The notes under the pieces: model-generated
What the model saw: the letters and a program-made list of their open reading frames with translations, nothing else
Told to the model about the DNA's origin: nothing
Database searches by the model: none
Shown here: positions 7,984 to 15,831 of the stretch, piece after piece
How positions within the stretch are numbered: position 1 is the first letter of the stretch
Layout: each line of letters opens with the position of its first letter
Made by a program: the position numbers and the translations under genes
Source: an uncultured Anaerolineaceae bacterium
GTDB lineage: Bacteria > Chloroflexota > Anaerolineae > Aggregatilineales > Aggregatilineaceae
DNA length: 24,000 nucleotides
Direction: 5' to 3'
Assembly: GCA_964425755.1 (NCBI GenBank)
Contig: CAYRNY010000002.1
Span: 119,544-143,543 of the forward strand

Positions 7984-8730
7984 TTGCAGCATACAGTACA
8001 CATTGAAGAGGATGAACGATTGTTGAAGCGTCAATTTGCGGCATGGCTGGTCCATGTGTATACGGCATTAGGTGGGGTGATCGGCATGTTCGCCCTGTTT
8101 GCTACGTTGGAAGGACGTACCCGTCACGCCTTTCTGTTGCTGATCGTCACGATCGTGATCGACGCGACCGATGGCATCCTGGCCCGGCGCGTGCGCGTGC
8201 GGGAGGTGCTGCCGAATTTCGACGGCGCGATGATGGACAACGTGATCGATGTGCTGACCTATGTCTGGGTTCCGGTGGTCATTATGTGGGCCGAGAAGTT
8301 GCTGCCGGGGACCTGGTGGTACGTCGTCCCGGTGCTGGCTGCGCTGTACGCTTACGGGCAGGCGCATATGAAGACCGAGGACGCGTTCTTCCTGGGATTC
8401 CCCAGCTACTGGAACGTTATCGCGCTGTATTTGTACTGGTTGCGCCCCGGCGCGTTTGCCGCCGTCCTGATCGTGTTGGTGCCTGCGGTGCTGACGTTCG
8501 TCCCGACGCGTTACCTGTATGCCAGCAAAAACCGCATATTCTGGAAAACGACCTGGGGACTGGGGGCGCTGTGGCTCGTGCTGGCACTTTATTTGCTCAC
8601 GCAGGAGCACCCGAATACCACGTTGATCTGGCTGAGTCTGTTCTACCCGGCGTACTACATGCTCGCCAGCTTCTATGTCGATTGGTATGCGCGGCACCGT
8701 TCGCTGCGCGAACTGGCGCAGGTGTTGTAA
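7984..8730 (+). CDS. pcs: CDP-alcohol phosphatidyltransferase, phosphatidylcholine synthase (Pcs)-like
   Basis: About 240 aa polytopic membrane protein. The motif DGILAR-RVRVREVLPNFD-GAMMDNVID fits DGx2ARx12Gx3Dx3D. The 12-residue spacer is the Pcs variant of the CDP-alcohol motif; most other family members have x8. Size and an MKTED..FF.GFP..WN segment also fit Pcs. The maximal ORF starts at TTG 7984. TTG at 8020/8023 behind GAGGA (8008-8012) is an equally plausible start. Confidence 0.7.
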   Translation: MQHTVHIEEDERLLKRQFAAWLVHVYTALGGVIGMFALFATLEGRTRHAFLLLIVTIVIDATDGILARRVRVREVLPNFDGAMMDNVIDVLTYVWVPVVIMWAEKLLPGTWWYVVPVLAALYAYGQAHMKTEDAFFLGFPSYWNVIALYLYWLRPGAFAAVLIVLVPAVLTFVPTRYLYASKNRIFWKTTWGLGALWLVLALYLLTQEHPNTTLIWLSLFYPAYYMLASFYVDWYARHRSLRELAQVL

Positions 8731-8744
8731 GCAGGCGCGATGCA

Positions 8745-8770
8745 AACGCCCCTGGCAGCGCAGGGGCTTG
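8745..8770. terminator. Small hairpin between convergent pcs and the FHA-regulator gene (weak terminator candidate)
   Basis: GCCCCTG (8748-8754) and CAGGGGC (8761-8767) form a 7-bp stem with a 6-nt loop, followed by CTTGTCCTGT on the + strand. Confidence 0.35.
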
Positions 8771-8804
8771 TCCTGTGATGGTAGGTTGGGGGGCGAGCGT
8801 GGGC

Positions 8805-9485
8805 CTAATTCTCAGGATTATCGAGCCGGAAGCCGTGCCCGCGCACCGTGACGATGTACTGGTGATCGGGATCAACCTCGGCCAGGCGGTCACGCAGGCG
8901 GCGCACCAGCGCATCGATCGCTTGCTCGCTCACGCCTTCGCCGACCGCTTCGGGCCACACAGCCTCGACCACTTCGTCACGCGTGCATACCGCGCCTTCG
9001 CCGTCGTAGAGTAGTTCCAGCAGCCGGTATTGCGGCAGGCTCAACGGCGGGTCGATCTCCACGTTATCAATGAACACACGCCGCGAGTCACGGTTGATCT
9101 GCAGGCGTCCGAGCGTGTGGGGGATGTCACTGACCAGCAGCGGGGCGGTGGCTTCCGACCCCACGAACGTGATCTTGACCGCGAGCGCAATCTGAATTTC
9201 ATCACCATCTTGTAGCGGGACGGTGTCGGACTGAATCTGCTTGCCATTGACCCAGGTGCCGTTTTTGCTGTCCAGGTCTTCAAGGTAGTACATATCACCG
9301 GCGCGGAAAATGCGCACATGCTCGCGCGAAACCTGGCGTTCCGGCAGCACGAGGTCACATTCTCCGCCACGCCCGATCACGAGTTCGTCTTCATGAATGG
9401 TCCAGCGCTTACCGGCCCGTTCGCCCTCGTGAATGATCAAGACTGGTTTATCTGCTGCATCAGACATAAGGCTCATCCTTGACAT
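8805..9485 (-). CDS. Transcriptional regulator with N-terminal FHA (phosphothreonine-binding) domain and C-terminal OmpR/PhoB-type winged-helix DNA-binding domain
   Basis: FHA signature residues are present: VIGRGG, VSREHVRI and SKNGTWVNG. The C-terminal Trans_reg_C pattern reads LSLPQYRLLELL....VCTRDEVVEAVWP....SEQAIDALVRRLRDRL......IVTVRGHGFRL. Three in-frame ATGs exist (9485, 9476, 9467). The AAGGA lies upstream of the third, so 9467 may be the true start. Confidence 0.85.
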   Translation of the reverse strand: MSRMSLMSDAADKPVLIIHEGERAGKRWTIHEDELVIGRGGECDLVLPERQVSREHVRIFRAGDMYYLEDLDSKNGTWVNGKQIQSDTVPLQDGDEIQIALAVKITFVGSEATAPLLVSDIPHTLGRLQINRDSRRVFIDNVEIDPPLSLPQYRLLELLYDGEGAVCTRDEVVEAVWPEAVGEGVSEQAIDALVRRLRDRLAEVDPDHQYIVTVRGHGFRLDNPEN

Positions 9486-9588
9486 TTAGTATGCGCCGGG
9501 CTATGGTGTCACAGCGACAGCAGGCGGCGTCTGCAAACACAATGACAATAATAACACCGATAATGCTTTTAGGAGTATAGCGACACTT
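9486..9588. promoter_or_regulatory. 103-bp AT-rich divergent promoter region between the FHA regulator and the Ser/Thr kinase
   Basis: AT-rich stretch with tandem CACAAT-GACAAT hexamers (9538-9549), ATAA(C/T) repeats up to 9564, and a GATAAT -10-like hexamer (9559-9564). AGGAG RBS at 9571-9575 sits ahead of the kinase ATG at 9589. Confidence 0.35.
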
Positions 9589-10611
9589 ATGCCGTACCTC
9601 AAGCCCGGCGATGTGCTACGCGAACGCTATACGATCGTGGAGGTCATTGGGCAGGGCGGGATGGGCTGCATCTACAAGGCCGCCGATCTGCGCCTGGAAG
9701 GGCGATTCACGGCGATCAAGGACATCCGCACCGATCCGGATGATTCCCCCGAACAGCACGAACAGGATCGCCGCCAGTTTCAGCGCGAGGCCAGCACACT
9801 CGCGCGGCTCGATCATCCGAACCTGCCGAAGGTGTCCGACTTCTTCTCCGAAGGCGGGCGGGATTTCCTGGTCATGGATTTCGTGCCGGGCTACGATCTG
9901 CGCCAGGCGGTCGAGCAGGCGCTGCGCCGCGACGAGTTCATCCCCGAAGACGTGGTGCTGGACTGGGCGCGCCAGCTTACCGATGCGCTGGCGTACCTGC
10001 ACGGGCAGGAACCGCCCGTGCTGCACCGCGACATCAAGCCCGCCAACATCAAGCTGACGCCGGACGGGTTGATCAAGCTGGTGGATTTTGGGCTGGTGCA
10101 GGTGATGGCAACCGACGAGCAGCGCACGATCACGGTGGTGCAGGGGCGCGGGACTGCGCTCTACACGCCGCTGGAGCAGTACGGCGGCGACCTGGGGCAT
10201 ACCGACGTGCGGACGGACCTGTACGCGCTCGGCGCGACGCTGTATCACCTGGCGACATGCACCCCGCCGGTTGAAGCTCGCCAGCGCTTCTTGACTCCGC
10301 ACGCACTGCGCGACCCGCGTGTTATCAACCCGCAGCTCAGCGACCGGACGGCGCGCGGCATCCTGTGGGCGATGTCGATGCATCCGGACGACCGGCCTGA
10401 AAGCGTGCGCCAATTCGCCGAGACATTGTTTGGGACAGGCAATCTACCGCCAGAGACTTTCGGGGCCGGGTTGCGCCGCGCGGACTTGGGCAAGTTGCAG
10501 CGCCGCCCGCAGCGTGACGACCTGGCGCAGGGCAACCGGGCGCTGGCGATCCTGGCGGGGGTGTTGCTGGTGCTGGCCCTGATCGTGACGTTGATCTCGC
10601 CACCGGTGTGA
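9589..10611 (+). CDS. Hanks-type Ser/Thr protein kinase, C-terminally tail-anchored, with no extracytoplasmic sensor domain
   Basis: G-loop GQGGMGCIY, catalytic Lys in FTAIKD, HRDIKPANIKL, DFG, and an activation segment ending TPLEQ. A single C-terminal TM (ALAILAGVLLVLALIVTLI) is followed by only 4 residues. Confidence 0.9.
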   Translation: MPYLKPGDVLRERYTIVEVIGQGGMGCIYKAADLRLEGRFTAIKDIRTDPDDSPEQHEQDRRQFQREASTLARLDHPNLPKVSDFFSEGGRDFLVMDFVPGYDLRQAVEQALRRDEFIPEDVVLDWARQLTDALAYLHGQEPPVLHRDIKPANIKLTPDGLIKLVDFGLVQVMATDEQRTITVVQGRGTALYTPLEQYGGDLGHTDVRTDLYALGATLYHLATCTPPVEARQRFLTPHALRDPRVINPQLSDRTARGILWAMSMHPDDRPESVRQFAETLFGTGNLPPETFGAGLRRADLGKLQRRPQRDDLAQGNRALAILAGVLLVLALIVTLISPPV

Positions 10612-10649
10612 GGGTGCGGGGCATGAAAAACGCGCATGCGGGCCGGGGA

Positions 10650-13517
10650 TCAGGGCTGGTCATGCCGCGCGGTGTGACGCAACAGCCACCACGTATACAG
10701 CAGGCCCACCGCTCCCGCGACCAGGGTCGTGATCATCGGGGCAAGGTTGTCCAGCAGGGTGTAGAGTTCGGCCACGCCCGGCCCGCCCACGCCGTAATAA
10801 ACATAGCCCGTCAACCCGGCGACCACATTCCCCAACACGACACGCATGCCGCCGCTGCTGGACTGCGCCGCGTGCCGGCCCGCGGTGTAGCCCGCGATGC
10901 TCATCAGCGTAAGCGCGAACAGTGACAGCACGAAGTCGATTGCCGTTAGATGATGCTGGGCGTTGTCCCCGGCGGTGCTCGCTGTGGTTGCTGGATCGGG
11001 CGGGGTGTCCGGCGGAGTGGACAGGCTGGCTAGTCCGGCATCGCCCGGCGTGCCGTTCGTGTCGCCGGCGACTTCGGCGGCGGTGTTGCCTTCCGGTCGC
11101 GCGAGGTGGGGCGTGCGCGTGCCAGACGCGCTGGCGGCCTGGGCGGTGCTGTTAGCGCTGGCTTCGGGCATGACGTTGAGTTGGAGCGTGGTCGAGCGGG
11201 TTGCAGCGCCCGCGCTGGCCGTGATCTGGATGCGCCCGGGGCGGCTGGGCGTGAACTGTGTTCGCGCGATGCCATCCGCCGTGACCGCGGACTGCTGGGT
11301 CTGCAGGTTGTCGGTCACAAACGTGATCGTGAACTCAACCGGGGTGTTATCCGGCACGATGTTGCCGTTGAAATCGTGGATCGGCGTGGTGCGCAGCACG
11401 ATGCGCGTGTCGGGTTGGACGGTCAGCACGCTGGCCGTGGCCGACGCCGGTGTGACGGGGTTCCCGTCGAGCTGGTCGATCCGGACGTCCAGTGTTTGCG
11501 AGGGGTCAGGTCTGGTGCGCTGCAGGACGTCATAGCCCACCGCCCGGACGCTGACCGGCGGCGCGCCGCCGAAGCTGCTGTCCTGGAACAGGGCACGCGC
11601 GGCGGCGTCGATGTACGGCGGGGTGTGGCTGTAGAGGCCATAGTACGCCGCGAACTTGCTCACCTCGGTGGACGTGAGGTAGGTTGGTGCGCCAAGTGCG
11701 ATCGTGACGACCCTGGCACGCTCCACGATAGGCGATTCACGTTCCAGCAGTTCCCGTACGATGGTTGATTCCGGCACGGCAGGCGAAACGTCAAGCATCA
11801 CGAAGACCAGCCAGTCAACCTCGCGCAGCGCTTCTCCGATACGTTGGTTGGTTTTGAGCTGGCCGTCTTCGGCAGTTGTGCCCGCGATATCACCGTAAAT
11901 ATACGTCGCGAGCTGGCTGAACGAAAAGCTGACGACTTGCTCGGGGTGGATCTGCGCGTCGGCGTAAGGGCCATAACGCTGCTCGATCGCGCTCTCCAGC
12001 GCGTTGACCGCTACCAGCGGGTAGGTGGCACAGTACGAACACTGCTGGACCAGCCGCACGTCGGTGAAGATCACGATGTTGTCATCGCGTTCCGGCGGTG
12101 GGGGCAGGCTTTCGCGCCGTGGGGCCAGCAGCGTGACCGCGCGTTCCGCGACGGTGTAGAGTTCGGCGCTGTAGCCACCGACCGCGTTCACATCGTTGAC
12201 GCTGCTCAGGACGTGGGCAAGGCTGAAGTCCCGCTCGTAAAGGGAGAGCTTGAGCCGCAGAATCCGGTGCAGCGACGCGTCGACCTGGCCCCGGAAGACC
12301 GGGTCGTCGGCGTAGCGTCCCGCGAAAAACCTGATCACGTCGGTCACGTTGCGTAACTGGTCGTCGGTTGGCGTGGGGCCGAAGTGGCTCAGGTAGAGGA
12401 TGTCGTTTCCGGCCAGGAACGCTTCGCGCGCGACCTGCCGGTGGGGGAACGGCGTCACGTTGTAATGGCGGCGGATCGCGTGGGTGCCCAGCGGGGGACT
12501 GACCATCACCCCGTCATCGCGCCAGGAACGGAAGTAATCCAGCCGCATGATCTGGGCGGTGGCGTCCTCGTTGAGGCACACCGGCCCGGTGAGCGAGCGG
12601 ATCGTCTCGCCCTGGTAGCGGATGGTCGCGCATTGCAGGCCGTCGGCGGCGGCAAGCGTGCCTGCCGCAGCACCGGTCACCGCGTGGAACGGGACCAGGT
12701 CAAACGCTCGAAGTTGCTCAAGCGAGCGCGGCACGACCGGAATCTCCTGGTCCGGTCGGGTATCGGCAAAGCCCAGGCCGGGGAAATCCTGCGCGATCAC
12801 AGCGATACGGTCCTGGCTGCCTTCGTGCACGCCGGTGATGTAGGCCTGGCCCATCTGGCCGACCCAGTGCGGCTCGCCGCCGAACGTGTGGACGCCAAGA
12901 TCAAACGACTGTTCGGGTTGGGCGGGCTGCGCGACATTCAGCGCCGGGCCGAGCAGCATATTGATGCCCATCGCGCTGAGTTCGATCCCTGCGATCTGCC
13001 CGACCTGCCGCGCATAACCTTCATTCCACGTCGCGCCAAGCGCCATTGGACTGGGCAGCGGCGTGGTGTCTTTGGCGATCTGCGTGCCCGGCTGGCCGTC
13101 TCCGGCGTGCGTGGTGGCGATGAATAGCGGTACGAATTCACGCGGGGTGGTGCGATCGGTGGTGGCCTGTGCGCTTGCGTGGGCCAGTTGCTGCAAATCC
13201 TGGGTCAGCGACTGGACCAGGCGCGGCGTGTTGACCTGGCCGTTGATGTTGTCGTTTTCCGCCAGCAGGACCACGCCACCGATGTTGTACTGCGTGATGA
13301 GCTGCGCGATCGCCGTATCCGGGCGCAGGCTGCTGCCCTCGAACGTGACGAGCATGAGCTGCCCGACGCGTTCTTCCGGTGTGAGCGTCGCCATGATCGC
13401 CGCGACCTGGACGTCGAGTTCATCGGCGGGCTGCGCGAACGGGGTGCTGCCGGTGGCACGGGGGAATGCCGCCACCAGCAAAACGGCGATCAGGAAAATG
13501 GCGGCGAGACGGTGCAT
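10650..13517 (-). CDS. Secreted, membrane-anchored GH3-like protein: signal peptide, GH3 N- and C-domain-like regions (apparently catalytically degenerate), Ig-like (Big_1-type) domain, low-complexity linker, C-terminal 3-TM anchor
   Basis: 955 aa. GH3 scaffold motifs are present: ERVGQLMLVTF, GGVVLL, PLFIATT, MALGATW, GINMLLGPALNV, DFPGLG, and VTLLAP..LPP...IVIF. The Ig-like segment contains DFNGNIVPDNTPVEFT...ADGIARTQFT...RIQITASAG. The Ser/Thr/Ala/Pro linker spans aa ~784-855, followed by three hydrophobic helices at aa ~858-948. Confidence 0.75.
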   Translation of the reverse strand: MHRLAAIFLIAVLLVAAFPRATGSTPFAQPADELDVQVAAIMATLTPEERVGQLMLVTFEGSSLRPDTAIAQLITQYNIGGVVLLAENDNINGQVNTPRLVQSLTQDLQQLAHASAQATTDRTTPREFVPLFIATTHAGDGQPGTQIAKDTTPLPSPMALGATWNEGYARQVGQIAGIELSAMGINMLLGPALNVAQPAQPEQSFDLGVHTFGGEPHWVGQMGQAYITGVHEGSQDRIAVIAQDFPGLGFADTRPDQEIPVVPRSLEQLRAFDLVPFHAVTGAAAGTLAAADGLQCATIRYQGETIRSLTGPVCLNEDATAQIMRLDYFRSWRDDGVMVSPPLGTHAIRRHYNVTPFPHRQVAREAFLAGNDILYLSHFGPTPTDDQLRNVTDVIRFFAGRYADDPVFRGQVDASLHRILRLKLSLYERDFSLAHVLSSVNDVNAVGGYSAELYTVAERAVTLLAPRRESLPPPPERDDNIVIFTDVRLVQQCSYCATYPLVAVNALESAIEQRYGPYADAQIHPEQVVSFSFSQLATYIYGDIAGTTAEDGQLKTNQRIGEALREVDWLVFVMLDVSPAVPESTIVRELLERESPIVERARVVTIALGAPTYLTSTEVSKFAAYYGLYSHTPPYIDAAARALFQDSSFGGAPPVSVRAVGYDVLQRTRPDPSQTLDVRIDQLDGNPVTPASATASVLTVQPDTRIVLRTTPIHDFNGNIVPDNTPVEFTITFVTDNLQTQQSAVTADGIARTQFTPSRPGRIQITASAGAATRSTTLQLNVMPEASANSTAQAASASGTRTPHLARPEGNTAAEVAGDTNGTPGDAGLASLSTPPDTPPDPATTASTAGDNAQHHLTAIDFVLSLFALTLMSIAGYTAGRHAAQSSSGGMRVVLGNVVAGLTGYVYYGVGGPGVAELYTLLDNLAPMITTLVAGAVGLLYTWWLLRHTARHDQP

Positions 13518-13518
13518 A

Positions 13519-15831
13519 TTAATTTCTGCTCAGTTCGACGTTGATCTCAACCGGGCTGGGCGTGTCCGTATCGACGGCGATCCCGTCGGCGCTGACCGGC
13601 AGGTAACCTTCGGCACGCACGACGACGCTATACAGCAGCGGGTCATCGCGCGCGCCACGCGGCAGCAGGTTCGCGATCTGGAAGTAGCCGTCGCTGTCCG
13701 CCAGTGAGGTGCCGAGCACCTGGTCCTCGATCCAGAGGAAATCTTCGACGCTGTATTCGGGTTCCAACACGATGAACATCGCCCCCGGAATGCCTTCGCC
13801 GGTCTCTGTGTCCGTGATGTACCCGACCATCTGCACGCCTGCGGCGCTGGCGAACGCCTCCACCGGGAGCTGGCCCAGGCCGACCGTCGCGCTGGCGCGG
13901 GCCACCGTCACGTTTGCGATCACGATCTCAAAGGTATAGGTCGCATCCGGCAAGGCGTCGAGACCCGCCAGGCCAGCGTAAAACTGCTCGCCGGTCGGCG
14001 CGGCGGCCCAGGGCTCGGTGACCTCGAAGAGCACATCGCCATCCACCAGCCAGCGGCGCGTCCAGAGCGTGCCGGGCGCGAGCAAACGCCAGTCAAAGAA
14101 GATATACAGCTCGTCGATCCCGGCCTGGAAGTCGGTGCGCAGGTTGCCGGTAGGCACACCGTCAATCTGCCCGTCGGTGAACGCGAGCGCCTCAAAGATC
14201 GCAGCCCGGTTCGCCTCCGCGCCACCGGCGATCACGAAGTCGGCGGTCGCGCTAAGCGTGTTTTCCACGTAGAGTTCGAGCCGGTATTCACCAGGCAGAA
14301 ACTCAGCGGCGGCATCCATGATGTAAGCGCCCTGCTCGCCTTGTTCCCAGGTCAACACGTCGCGGTTGATCTCGTTGCCTTCGAAATACCAGATGTACGC
14401 CCAGGGCGTGCCCGGGCGCATGTTGCGGTAATTGAAGCGGGCCTGGATCGCGGTCCCTTCCGGCAGTACGTAATTGGTCCCGACAAGCATGCCGTCGCCC
14501 TGCAAGCCGAAAATAATGTCGGAAAACTGCGGCGTGTCGCTTGGGCCGCCGCCAACGATAATGCTCTTGCTGGCGACCTCGCGCCCCTCGATGAACAGTC
14601 GGAAATTGTATTCGCCGTTGGGCCAGGGAATGCCTGAACCGCCGATATACCACATGCCGCGTTCGCCACCGCTCCACGTGATCGGCGGCAGGCTGTAGGT
14701 TGCGTTTGGCACGTCGTCGATGGTCACGCGTAGCTCGTAGATCATGCCGTCGACCATGTTAGCGTAGTCGAAGAACAGGTACAGGCTGGTTGTGCCGGTG
14801 GGGACCTGGCTCACGACGTTGGCCGCGACGCCCGCCTCGTTAATGCGCGTGGCGAAAAACAGGCGCCGGAATACCGGCTGCTCGGTGGGAAGCGGTGCCT
14901 GGCCGGGGGTAGCATCGTCTGCCTGGCGGATGCCCAGTGCCGCCGCGCGCACAAGCCCGCGTGCCAAACGCGACGGGCGCAGCGCGCTGATGAAACCGCC
15001 GACCGGCACGCAGCGATCGTTCTGGTCGGCGCGTCCGTCTCCGTTGGTGTCCTGGATGACGCGACAGTCAAGCAACTCGCCGCCCGCGCGTGCCGGGGCG
15101 ATGGTCGGGATGCCGATCAATCTGCCTTCGCGGTTGTACGCGCCGCCGCCGGTGATTGTGCCGGGGATCGTCGCGTCGGTGCGCATCCAGGCCCGGTTAC
15201 CGGCGCGCGCTTCGGCAGTGAAGCCGCTGATCGTGCCGCGCCGCGTCTCAACCGGCGCATTGCCGAAATCGGGATAACCTACGACCGTGATCGTGTCGTC
15301 CAGCGTGACGGCTGACGAGTCGCCAAGCTCGACAAACGGCAGTTGGAGGCTGCCGCGCGCGATCTCGCGGCCATCCAGGTAACCGTTGATGCGCAGCACA
15401 GCGAGATCAAGGCCCTTGCTGGAGTCCACGATTTCCGCCGTGTAGGTGGGGATGGGGGGTTCGTCCAGGCGGACGGTGACCGCGATCACGATCTCGTCCG
15501 CGCGGCAAATGTCACCGGGCAGCGCGACGTGCGCGTTCGTCAAGATCAGGCCGTCCGCGCTGACCAGCGTCCCCGACCCGACGCACGAGATCACCGGTTG
15601 GCCCCGGCTTTCGTAGGTCTGCATGACCAACACGGTCGCGCGCTTGATGATGTCTACGTTCAATTCGATCAGCGCGGGCGGGGGCGGTGTGGGCGTCGGT
15701 TCGCCGTCCTCGCCATTCTGCGCCGTGGACGTGCCGGGGAGCAGCAGCGAAGCGCCGGTCGCCAGCACGACGCCGATCAGGGCGATGAGCAGCCCGATCC
15801 GGACAGTGAGGGGGCGTTGGTTACGGGGCAT
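13519..15831 (-). CDS. Membrane-anchored trypsin-like (S1C/Trypsin_2-type) protease homologue with three ~105-aa internal repeats and a C-terminal carboxypeptidase-regulatory-like beta-sandwich domain
   Basis: 770 aa. N-terminal TM (IGLLIALIGVVLATGASLLL) is followed by a PTPTPPPP linker. S1 motifs are GSGTLVSADGLILTNAHV (His), LDLAVLRI (Asp) and TDATIPGTITGGGAYNREGRLIGIP (nucleophile region). The C-terminus GYITDTETGEGIPGAMFIV...SDGYFQI is typical of the CarboxypepD_reg fold. Confidence 0.75.
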   Translation of the reverse strand: MPRNQRPLTVRIGLLIALIGVVLATGASLLLPGTSTAQNGEDGEPTPTPPPPALIELNVDIIKRATVLVMQTYESRGQPVISCVGSGTLVSADGLILTNAHVALPGDICRADEIVIAVTVRLDEPPIPTYTAEIVDSSKGLDLAVLRINGYLDGREIARGSLQLPFVELGDSSAVTLDDTITVVGYPDFGNAPVETRRGTISGFTAEARAGNRAWMRTDATIPGTITGGGAYNREGRLIGIPTIAPARAGGELLDCRVIQDTNGDGRADQNDRCVPVGGFISALRPSRLARGLVRAAALGIRQADDATPGQAPLPTEQPVFRRLFFATRINEAGVAANVVSQVPTGTTSLYLFFDYANMVDGMIYELRVTIDDVPNATYSLPPITWSGGERGMWYIGGSGIPWPNGEYNFRLFIEGREVASKSIIVGGGPSDTPQFSDIIFGLQGDGMLVGTNYVLPEGTAIQARFNYRNMRPGTPWAYIWYFEGNEINRDVLTWEQGEQGAYIMDAAAEFLPGEYRLELYVENTLSATADFVIAGGAEANRAAIFEALAFTDGQIDGVPTGNLRTDFQAGIDELYIFFDWRLLAPGTLWTRRWLVDGDVLFEVTEPWAAAPTGEQFYAGLAGLDALPDATYTFEIVIANVTVARASATVGLGQLPVEAFASAAGVQMVGYITDTETGEGIPGAMFIVLEPEYSVEDFLWIEDQVLGTSLADSDGYFQIANLLPRGARDDPLLYSVVVRAEGYLPVSADGIAVDTDTPSPVEINVELSRN
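13879..14877 (-). repeat. Three tandem divergent ~105-aa domain repeats inside the protease-like ORF (aa ~319-428, 434-537, 544-651)
   Basis: Each unit shares the same ordered pattern. It opens with hF..h.F, then a core (LYLFFDYANMVDG / IQARFNYRNMRPGTPW / LYIFFDWRLLAPGTLW), then W....G. It closes with P.GEY/ATY + h.h.h (NGEYNFRLFI / PGEYRLELYV / DATYTFEIVI) ending in V.GG. The repeats are seen at protein level only; the DNA copies are not near-identical. Confidence 0.5.

Noticed and set aside
8043-9014. 323-aa + strand ORF overlapping pcs in another frame and running antisense into the FHA regulator; also the 225-aa - strand ORF 8068..8745
   Set aside because: The pcs frame carries the complete CDP-alcohol motif and a TM pattern. 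The alternatives are Arg-rich and span an intergenic terminator region.
9616-10413. 265-aa - strand ORF antisense to the Ser/Thr kinase
   Set aside because: The kinase frame has every Hanks motif. The antisense translation has no motifs and an Arg/Val/His-rich composition.
11106-13707. + strand ORFs antisense to the GH3-like gene (11106..11768, 11844..12356, 12384..13127, 13063..13707)
   Set aside because: They are fragmented, overlap each other and are low-complexity. The minus-strand frame is a single 955-aa ORF with a signal peptide and domain motifs.
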